Below, piece after piece: positions 1 to 6,520 of a DNA stretch of 64,000 nt. The position numbers and the translations under genes are program-made. The stretch lies in the IMG/VR virus record IMGVR_UViG_3300025168_000001; one strand, given 5' to 3'. Source of the DNA: a virus. The notes below the pieces were generated by a model. That model worked only from the letters and a program-made list of their open reading frames with translations. It was not told where the DNA came from and ran no database searches. Numbering within the stretch: the stretch's first letter is position 1; each line of letters starts with the position of its first letter.

Positions 1-621
1 GACCATAGTAGTCAGTATCAAGACATGATTAGACGTATCTGCATACGGATATGCAATTGTTTAAGAGAAACTAGTCACTAGACGACACAACACCACTCAT
101 ACCATCTTACTTGTTGTTCATTATCCAGCCAAATTCAATCACTCTAACTAGTTATTGCACATTAAATCAAATTTAAGTTCGATTGTGTGCACTTGGTCTC
201 AAAGACCCTATTTACGACATTATGTATCTCTTTCCCTGAGACACTGATTGATATAATATAGCACAATGATTGCAGATTCGAGTCTATGAATTGTCACCTA
301 CTCACCACTTTGATGGATGATTGGACATGAAATACACAGTAATAATCTGACGGATACACCTAAACTTAGGTCACTGTCCATCATTGGTGCTATGTTATGT
401 CATATGTTTTATAACAATAACTCAGTGGTGTTTTGAGCAGTCCACTGGATATAGACAAGCTCCAGATAGTACAGTGTGTGCACGTGTAACACGCTATGCT
501 AGTCTGTAACATAGATTAGGCATCGTAATCCATCCAAATAGGTGGGTGCGTATAAGTCCTTTTCTTTTATCTAGAGTACTATTAACCTTATTTATAAATA
601 AACCAATTAAACAAACCAATC
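1..621 (+). ncRNA. candidate structured non-coding region (5' end may lie outside the window)
   Basis: No ORF >=60 aa on either strand in the supplied track. G+C is higher than in flanking genes (52/120 in 421-540). Helices: 45-49/54-58; 195-199/203-207; long-range 317-327/375-385 with a 1-nt bulge and one G-U; 423-428/442-447; 499-505/513-519 with one G-U. The G-U pairs only work on the + strand. Function and ends unknown. Confidence 0.25.
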
Positions 622-1194
622 ATGGCAAATTTACAAACAGTGGCGACTGACGCAAAATTATTATTAGTTAACATCAGATTATCATCTAAACCAGATGCAA
701 CTCTTGTTGATGACAAAGACGGTATCAATGGTAAGCTAAACCAGACTTCAGACGGTCGAAACTACTACATTGCAACATTCAGAGATCCATCTAATCCATT
801 TGGAGTAGAAAGAACTAGAGTGATTGCACAAACTACTGACTCATCAGATAATCCTGTATGGAAAAGTGGTAACCCTTCAATGATTAAGAACTTCGTAGGT
901 AAACAAATACCTGGAGACATAGTTACTAGACAAGTACCATCTTATATGGTAGGTGATAGAACTGTTGACTCTTGTTCTTTAGTTATACTTAAGAATGAGT
1001 CTATAACTTCTGTATTCAAATCTAATGGTCACGACCTAGATGGACAAGAAGATTTATCAGACTTAGGTAATCTTGACCTAGATACAGGTGAGATTATGGG
1101 TGATGAAGGTGATGTAACAGGTGGAACTACACGTAATGAACAAATGAACGATGTAGAGACTGCTGTGGAAGAGAGTCCTGAGGAATTAGGATAA
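622..1194 (+). CDS. hypothetical early protein with acidic C-terminal tail
   Basis: 190-aa ATG ORF. The last ~55 residues are D/E-rich (DLDGQEDLSDLGNLDLDTGEIMGDEGD...EESPEELG). No catalytic motif recognised. Confidence 0.6.
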   Translation: MANLQTVATDAKLLLVNIRLSSKPDATLVDDKDGINGKLNQTSDGRNYYIATFRDPSNPFGVERTRVIAQTTDSSDNPVWKSGNPSMIKNFVGKQIPGDIVTRQVPSYMVGDRTVDSCSLVILKNESITSVFKSNGHDLDGQEDLSDLGNLDLDTGEIMGDEGDVTGGTTRNEQMNDVETAVEESPEELG

Positions 1195-1203
1195 TAACTT
1201 AAT

Positions 1204-1248
1204 GTGATGATGGGTGTATGTAAAAGTACACTCATCACCACTTTGTTT
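1204..1248 (+). terminator. possible intrinsic terminator (bulged hairpin plus T-rich tail)
   Basis: GTGATGA (1204-1210) pairs with TCATCAC (1232-1238) and GTGTA (1214-1218) with TACAC (1227-1231), with a 3-nt bulge. Followed by CACTTTGTTT. Confidence 0.3.
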
Positions 1249-1285
1249 AACAACTTATATTAACAATTAAAACAATATCACATTT

Positions 1286-1486
1286 ATGTTTAAAACCAAG
1301 GAATTAATCGATTTAACATTCTTCAAAAGGCTAAGACTAGCACTTAATTTAGAATGGACAAAAGGAGCTTTCGGCTTCGGAGTAGTACTAGATGGTACAC
1401 TCAAGAACTTTGCAATACATGTAATTATACTTAAATTTGCAGTTAGCGTACATGCTAAGTGGTTAGAAGACTGTAAAACATGTTAA
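1286..1486 (+). CDS. hypothetical small protein (66 aa)
   Basis: ATG ORF with an A-rich leader (ATTAAAAC). No motif; short, so coding status is uncertain. Confidence 0.35.
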   Translation: MFKTKELIDLTFFKRLRLALNLEWTKGAFGFGVVLDGTLKNFAIHVIILKFAVSVHAKWLEDCKTC

Positions 1487-1586
1487 AATATAGCGAGTAT
1501 CGTGGACCAGCGCTCACAGTAAATGGTATTGACTACCGTTTACTTGGGTATTGCTGTTCTTCTAATAAATATGAATACATTATTAT

Positions 1587-1871
1587 ATGAAAAGAAATAA
1601 GATCTTTATTAAAAGCATCATTAGTCTGATAATGTCTATATTCTTCGGAATTGCAACTGTCATACTATTAGTAATGCTAATATATGCACTAGTTACAGCT
1701 GGTGTATATGATGAAGCCCAAACATTGGGCAGAGTAGCTCTCATGGGTATGGGAGTAGCAATATCATTTATTATATCTGTATCTTTCGTAAGATATAGCG
1801 AGAAATTACAGCGATCATTTGACTATGGGGCGTACAAACGACTCAGAAACAAAGCAACCTGGCAGAAATAA
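1587..1871 (+). CDS. small membrane protein (two predicted TM helices)
   Basis: 94 aa. Hydrophobic stretches IISLIMSIFFGIATVILLVMLIYALV and VALMGMGVAISFIISVSFV, with a basic C-terminus. Confidence 0.55.
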   Translation: MKRNKIFIKSIISLIMSIFFGIATVILLVMLIYALVTAGVYDEAQTLGRVALMGMGVAISFIISVSFVRYSEKLQRSFDYGAYKRLRNKATWQK

Positions 1872-2643
1872 TACAATCAATAAACTCGTCATAGCGAGTA
1901 TAAATAGACTTTAGGCTATGAGCGTCAAGGTGTTACAACCTTGGGTAGTGGGCTTGGCCCGATAAGTACAGCAATGTACCTAATGACAATTACTGCACGC
2001 ATGAACAGTAATTGTTGCCATTATTTATAATGGTCAAACCAAGCAAGCAGGATACTACACGGCACCAATGGACGAATGTCTGAGGGTATGTGTATCTCTT
2101 CTTTTAGTTGGAGGGATGAGCTAGCGATAGCAATAGGAAATAACTGTAGATTTAGTTCTGAGTTAACTGTCAAGTTAATAAAGAGTATAAGTCAGTATGA
2201 TGGGCAATCTTAGGGAATAAGATATAACCTGAAATACTATAACGATGAAAAGTTGTACCTAGGATGTATTGTATTTTGTCTTTCAAAAGAAGACGAAGCA
2301 ATTGTGGACCAACCACATCCTGGAAAGTAAATGCATAACAATAACTAAAAGAACAAGTGTTGGCCTGTTACTCCCGAAAGGTGACTAAATCTCTGCTTGA
2401 CAGAGAGTGGATGATTCCTCAAGATGATTCTGTTTGCGAGTAAAAGACTGATATAGAGTTTAGCGGCTTTATATTACGTTCGAGTAATTCGTGAGTAAGT
2501 AGTAACATTAGAAGTGGTTAGTCTAACTAACCGTCACTGCACATTACTATTGGAGACAATAGTGGATATGTTGTTAACCTTAAGGAGGAACTAAACAACT
2601 AAAGATGTGTGTATAATGGTGTAATCTCAGCCCATTATATTTT
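1872..2643 (+). ncRNA. candidate large structured non-coding RNA (~770 nt)
   Basis: No ORF >=60 aa on either strand. G+C is locally ~50% (31/60 in 1921-1980). Helices: 1889-1895/1915-1921 and 1926-1930/1939-1943. Four-way junction 1952-2044: closing helix 1952-1957/2039-2044 and hairpins 1966-1979, 1986-2015 (perfect 10 bp) and 2018-2033. Helix 2096-2101/2110-2115 needs U-G wobbles, so it is + strand only. GCGA-loop hairpin 2120-2131; 2516-2521/2527-2532; GAGA-loop hairpin 2546-2563. Terminal hairpin 2613-2620/2632-2639 is followed by TTTT. Confidence 0.4.
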
Positions 2644-2648
2644 AAACT

Positions 2649-2768
2649 ATGAATAAAGTTAAACTTATTCGAAGACTTAGATGGGAGCTTGCACAACGTA
2701 AGCGTACAATCCTATTACACAGAGTAGTCATCTGTATTCTTATCTTAATCCTAGTATTCATTTACTAG
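2649..2768 (+). CDS. possible 39-aa tail-anchored membrane peptide
   Basis: ATG 2649 to TAG 2766-2768: MNKVKLIRRLRWELAQRKRTILLHRVVICILILILVFIY (basic N-half, hydrophobic C-half). Below the ORF-track size cut-off. Confidence 0.3.
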   Translation: MNKVKLIRRLRWELAQRKRTILLHRVVICILILILVFIY

Positions 2769-2805
2769 GGTTAAGAGTATTTATTAACTTAATTAAACAA
2801 TTACT

Positions 2806-3342
2806 ATGGGGAAAACCAGGTACAACCATGACGCAAACTCTCTTGGAGAGTCAGTTGGATTCGATAGAGACCAACAAAAAGAGATCATTAAATGTTTTAA
2901 TGACTCGTTAAATGAATTCGATGAAGATGAAGCTGCTAAATCAGCAATATTAGAAAGAACTATTACTTTAGCTATACAACGAGGGTTACTTAAAGATCAT
3001 GAAGACTTTTTCTTTGCTGCATTCTTTTTGTCTGAGTTTATAACAAGAAGACTAGTAGAAAGTGATAATGATGAAGAAGGGCCTAGAGTTGCGAAAACTT
3101 TGAAAGCTATTGCAAGTCAATTTGCTAAGCAGATGAGAAAGAGAGGTATAGAGTTAGATGATTTACCTTTAGATGATATGATAAATGAAGTTAAAGGTGA
3201 CATGGAAGATTTTGATAGTGGAAACACAGCAGATCTACGGGACCCTGATGACCTTTCTAAACTCATGTCAATGGATACTGGTGACATAATAAACAAAAAG
3301 AAACTAGTAGCACATATGGAATCAGATACAAATGACTTTTAA
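2806..3342 (+). CDS. hypothetical acidic early protein
   Basis: 178-aa ATG ORF, D/E-rich, no recognised motif. Confidence 0.6.
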   Translation: MGKTRYNHDANSLGESVGFDRDQQKEIIKCFNDSLNEFDEDEAAKSAILERTITLAIQRGLLKDHEDFFFAAFFLSEFITRRLVESDNDEEGPRVAKTLKAIASQFAKQMRKRGIELDDLPLDDMINEVKGDMEDFDSGNTADLRDPDDLSKLMSMDTGDIINKKKLVAHMESDTNDF

Positions 3343-3402
3343 ATAAGTTTTAACTATATAGTTATACAATTATTTGTATATTTATAACTTTAAATATTAG
3401 AT

Positions 3403-3855
3403 ATGGCAAACAAATCAATCAGTAAGACCCAGGGAATTAGCAAAATACTCAAAAACAGTAACAGTGTTCTAAAAGAATTAGAAACTGCTGATAAGTATAG
3501 CGAACAACTGGACAGTCTTGCACGTCTATCACTTGAACAGGAAGACGTTAAAATAGATGTTCAAATTTATGTTAAGGTAACACCTAAACACACAGAAGAA
3601 AGCAATGTAGCAGGGCCTGGAGACTTACTTAAAGCTTTAAAGAACTCTAAAAACCCTGAAGACTTTGTTGATGCACTTAGTAATATAGATGAATCTATAC
3701 ATGACCACAAAGATGGTCATAGTGATCCAAAATATTATGAAGCTAACCTTGACAATGTAGATAACTCTACCTTTCTATGTGTTGTTGATAAACTACTTCA
3801 ACATTACAAATCACGCAGTACTAATTTATTAACCAAATTAAAATCTTTACTATGA
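3403..3855 (+). CDS. hypothetical early protein
   Basis: 150-aa ATG ORF. Its stop overlaps the next start (ATGA), suggesting translational coupling. Confidence 0.6.
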   Translation: MANKSISKTQGISKILKNSNSVLKELETADKYSEQLDSLARLSLEQEDVKIDVQIYVKVTPKHTEESNVAGPGDLLKALKNSKNPEDFVDALSNIDESIHDHKDGHSDPKYYEANLDNVDNSTFLCVVDKLLQHYKSRSTNLLTKLKSLL

Positions 3856-4217
3856 CACTATTAATTATCCTTGGGAGTTTATGTCTTATTATTTTTCTAA
3901 TGTTTTACATTGGATATTCAAAAGAGAACAATGAGCTACAAGACAACATGAAAAAGCATACAGCAAATCATGACAAACTTGATGAAGTATTATCAAAAGC
4001 GGATGAACTAGCAGCTACATTAGCGGCACATAAAGTTAATCCTACTACTCTGAGCACAAGGGCAGAGAAATGTATTAAAGGTCTACACATAGTTTATGTG
4101 CACGATCTGGAAGCAGTTACAGTACGTAAATTAGAGGCTGTAAAAGGAGTTGGACAAAAAACTATAGATGAAATAGACTTTTGGGCAGCAACAAATTATG
4201 ACATCACAATCAGATAA
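3852..4217 (+). CDS. membrane-anchored protein with helix-hairpin-helix-like C-terminus
   Basis: N-terminal TM helix (LLIILGSLCLIIFLMFYIGY). C-terminal LEAVKGVGQKTIDEI resembles the HhH G-h-G motif. Confidence 0.55.
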   Translation: MTLLIILGSLCLIIFLMFYIGYSKENNELQDNMKKHTANHDKLDEVLSKADELAATLAAHKVNPTTLSTRAEKCIKGLHIVYVHDLEAVTVRKLEAVKGVGQKTIDEIDFWAATNYDITIR

Positions 4218-4263
4218 CAATTCCCTTGGATAGGTTATCTAACGATAACTTGTGTGATTGTTC

Positions 4264-4303
4264 GCTTATGACGGGGCTTCGGCCTTGTTATAAGCTTTTT
4301 TTT
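4264..4303 (+). terminator. intrinsic terminator
   Basis: 14-bp stem 4264-4277/4282-4295 (three G-U pairs, + strand only), UUCG loop 4278-4281, then T8 (4296-4303). It ends 4 nt before the tmRNA 5' end. Confidence 0.75.
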
Positions 4304-4307
4304 ATAC

Positions 4308-4703
4308 GGGGGTGACATGGCTTTGACATTCTGATGGAAGTATAAATGGCAAGCAACGATGCTTTTTAACTGGCGAAAATAGTTATTCTAAAGTCGCTAA
4401 GTTCTTCCCTAGAGGGAATGGATTTATCGCTAGTGCTCTACCACTACAAAGTGTAGAACTTGCAGTAGCTGCTTAGGTAGTTATTTCGAAAGTGTTTTTT
4501 GGTAATTTGTCACTTAATACAAAGATGGCCTAATTAGCTCTAGGAGCTTCAGGTCTGTTTCGCTTGACTAAGCGAAATACCGTAGTAAAGAGAGCACGTA
4601 AGTAATGTGTAACTCTAGAAAAATATAGTCAATTACTTAAAAGCTTGTACATCTATTTATGTGGATACAGTATGGACGTGGGTTCGAAACCCACCACCTC
4701 CAC
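4308..4703 (+). ncRNA. ssrA: tmRNA (transfer-messenger RNA)
   Basis: Acceptor stem GGGGGUG (4308-4314) pairs with CACCUCC (4695-4701), including a G3:U70 wobble. T-arm GUGGG-UUCGAAA-CCCAC (4678-4694); discriminator A4702. The 5' GGCUUUGACA resembles the conserved tmRNA box. P2-like helix 4340-4349/4653-4662. Tag ORF 4372-4473 plus TAG 4474-4476 encodes GENSYSKVAKFFPRGNGFIASALPLQSVELAVAA. Confidence 0.9.
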
Positions 4704-4731
4704 TTTTTATTAACTATTTAAAACTATTATT

Positions 4732-5295
4732 ATGGGATTTGATCTACACGGGGTGGCACCTAAAATTAACCAGCCAGAGCCTAAGATTTTAAAAGACAAT
4801 CATTGGTCTACTGTTACTCCAGATCTTAGAGAAGCTTATACGATTGCTTGGGATGAACATGAAAAAGTTAATCCTGGTATATATTTTAGAAACAATGCAT
4901 GGTGGTGGAGACCACTATGGACATATGTATGTAATATATGTCATGATATATTAACTCAAAAAGATATGGTTAAAGGTACTTGGAATAACTTTGATACTAT
5001 ATCTAAAACTAAAGGTATTAAGATAGCTGCACGTATAATGAAAGAGAATAAGAGTGGTGCTCTTGATAAGTATGCTCAAGGGTATGAAGAAGCTATTGCT
5101 AAACTAGATAAAGAAGATTGTATGCATTGTAACGGCACAGGTAAACGTGATGATGAACATGTAAAAGGAAAATGTAATGGTTGCGAAGGAACAGGTAAAC
5201 GTGAGGCATGGGCTGCATCATATCCTTTTAGTGTGGAAAATGCGTTACAGTTTGCAAAGTTTGCAAAAGAATCGGGTGGATTTCAAATATCTTAA
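4732..5295 (+). CDS. protein with DnaJ-type CxxCxGxG zinc-finger repeats
   Basis: 187 aa. Contains CMHCNGTGKRDDEHVKGKCNGCEGTGKRE, i.e. two CxxCxGxG units as in the DnaJ cysteine-rich domain. No J-domain HPD motif seen. Confidence 0.65.
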   Translation: MGFDLHGVAPKINQPEPKILKDNHWSTVTPDLREAYTIAWDEHEKVNPGIYFRNNAWWWRPLWTYVCNICHDILTQKDMVKGTWNNFDTISKTKGIKIAARIMKENKSGALDKYAQGYEEAIAKLDKEDCMHCNGTGKRDDEHVKGKCNGCEGTGKREAWAASYPFSVENALQFAKFAKESGGFQIS

Positions 5296-5310
5296 TTAAA
5301 ATTGATTATT

Positions 5311-5754
5311 ATGAACAAAATTTATGACGAGACGCAAAGCATTAATAAATTATTTAGAATAGTTACTAATGTATTCGGCATTTCAAAGCAAGAGATGATA
5401 TCTAGAACTAGAAAGAGAGCGTATGTAGAATCTAAAACTATGTTTGCTGTTATTGCTAGAGAAAAATTATTATTAAGTACAGTAGAAGTAGGTGATCTTT
5501 TAAATAGAGATCATAGTTCTATTATACATTATAGCAGGACACACAAAGATCTATATAAAGTAGACAAGACTTATAGAAGAATGTTTGATCTTATAAGTAA
5601 TACCTTTACTGATAAACCATTTATGGCTGATAAATTATTAACTGTAGATGACAAATTAAGTATAGCGCATATTAAAATTGATACTTTACAAGTAGAAAAT
5701 GAACAATTACGTGATGCAATGACTCTTATAAAAGAGGCAGTACTTACGTATTAA
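5311..5754 (+). CDS. stand-alone DnaA domain IV-like helix-turn-helix protein
   Basis: SRTRKRAYVESKTMFAVIAREKLLLSTVEVGDLLNRDHSSIIHYSRTH follows the DnaA C-terminal DNA-binding pattern (R.R..v.aRqiamYl.re....s...IG..f..rDHstV.ha). The track start at 5302 is TTG; the first ATG is 5311. Confidence 0.6.
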   Translation: MNKIYDETQSINKLFRIVTNVFGISKQEMISRTRKRAYVESKTMFAVIAREKLLLSTVEVGDLLNRDHSSIIHYSRTHKDLYKVDKTYRRMFDLISNTFTDKPFMADKLLTVDDKLSIAHIKIDTLQVENEQLRDAMTLIKEAVLTY

Positions 5755-5763
5755 TGTAACTGA

Positions 5764-5838
5764 AAGGACCCCAAAGCAATACCTGTTCATTGACTGAATG
5801 ATCCAGTCTCAATGGCTAACAACGCTAAGCGGGTCCTT
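5764..5838 (+). ncRNA. candidate small structured RNA A (75 nt)
   Basis: Perfect 8-bp closing helix 5764-5771/5831-5838 encloses hairpins 5787-5791/5797-5801 and 5803-5805/5813-5815. No canonical tRNA loops. Confidence 0.2.
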
Positions 5839-5850
5839 AAACTAAAAGAA

Positions 5851-5964
5851 GAGAGATGAGCACACAGTAGTTAAATCCTATGCCAAGGGTTACTACACAT
5901 AGATAACATGCTAAAGAGGGTTTTCCTCGTTATCGGTCTGGTTCGACTCATCTCTCAACTTTTT
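5851..5964 (+). ncRNA. candidate small structured RNA B (four-way junction, ~106 nt, plus T-tract)
   Basis: Perfect 10-bp closing helix 5851-5860/5947-5956. Arm 1: 5867-5871/5892-5896 stacked on 5874-5879/5886-5891. Arm 2: 5902-5907/5929-5934 with inner 5916-5919/5925-5928. Arm 3: 5936-5938/5945-5947 carrying a GGUUCGA T-loop-like sequence. T5 at 5960-5964. Confidence 0.35.
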
Positions 5965-5998
5965 CTTATTAAATTATTTATTAACTAAACTATATAAC

Positions 5999-6520
5999 AT
6001 GGTAACTAACGAGGTGGCTAAGTTTAAACTTAGAGTATTAAAACATGTATCTAACGTAGTAAAGGGTGGAGTAGAATTACCTCCTGTTATGTATGTTAGA
6101 ACAAGTAAAGGCAAATTTAAAATTATGCCTGTAGCTCCACAATTAATGGCAGAAAAAGAACTACGAGATAAATGTAGAGAAATTATGCAACACATGCTAA
6201 CTTTAGCGAAGGCTGATCTTGTGTGTTTTGTATCAGAAGCGTATGTTTCATCTATTCGTAGAGATGAGATGAGCCCAGAAGAACTAAGAAGGGCAGAAGC
6301 AGGGCGCCCAAGTAGAGAAGATTACAAAAAGGCAACTAAGAATCGTACAGAATGTATATTTTTGAGCTTTGAAACTAAGGGATTACCGAGAGAAAATGAG
6401 CTTATGACTTTCAAAGTTGAAAACAAATCATTACAACCTCATCATTTGATGTCAGAAATGGAGAATTCTGGTGTAGTAGGAAACGCACAAGGTAATTTTC
6501 AAAATCTATTTGAACAATGA
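5999..6520 (+). CDS. hypothetical protein
   Basis: 173-aa ATG ORF. Its stop overlaps the polymerase start (ATGA). No motif recognised. Confidence 0.6.
   Translation: MVTNEVAKFKLRVLKHVSNVVKGGVELPPVMYVRTSKGKFKIMPVAPQLMAEKELRDKCREIMQHMLTLAKADLVCFVSEAYVSSIRRDEMSPEELRRAEAGRPSREDYKKATKNRTECIFLSFETKGLPRENELMTFKVENKSLQPHHLMSEMENSGVVGNAQGNFQNLFEQ

Noticed and set aside
1029-1253. 74-aa ORF on the - strand
   Set aside because: It is antisense to the 3' end of ORF 622-1194 and runs through the terminator-like hairpin. Its composition is Ser/Pro-rich, as expected from reading the acidic-tail codons backwards. Likely a shadow ORF.
1952-2044. Cloverleaf-shaped junction as a tRNA
   Set aside because: The central arm has a 10-bp stem with a 10-nt loop, the third arm has a 4-nt loop and lacks TTC, and the total length is 93 nt. 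This is not compatible with a functional tRNA.
4660-4668. DnaA-box-like 9-mer TGTGGATAC (also TTATCCAGC at 121-129)
   Set aside because: These are single imperfect matches. The best one sits inside the tmRNA P2 helix. No cluster suggestive of an origin is present.
4308-4703. tmRNA sequence as a phage attP fragment or sign of an integrated island
   Set aside because: The gene is full length, with both halves of the tRNA-like domain and the tag ORF, rather than a 3' fragment. No integrase is present in the window.
5302-5310. TTG start for the DnaA-IV-like gene as given by the ORF track
   Set aside because: An ATG lies 9 nt downstream (5311), and every other start checked in this window uses ATG. 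The longer form is not excluded.
5851-5956. Possible tRNA (GGTTCGA T-loop-like sequence, long closing stem)
   Set aside because: No fold gives a 7-bp acceptor, a 5-bp T stem with a 7-nt loop and a 7-nt anticodon loop. U8, A14 and G18G19 are also absent. Kept only as an uncharacterised structured RNA.
1-6000. Small self-cleaving ribozymes (hammerhead CUGANGA...GAAA cores) in the ORF-free blocks
   Set aside because: No CUGANGA box with an appropriately placed GAAA and flanking helices was found by eye. Twister, HDV-like and other classes cannot be excluded without a covariance-model search.
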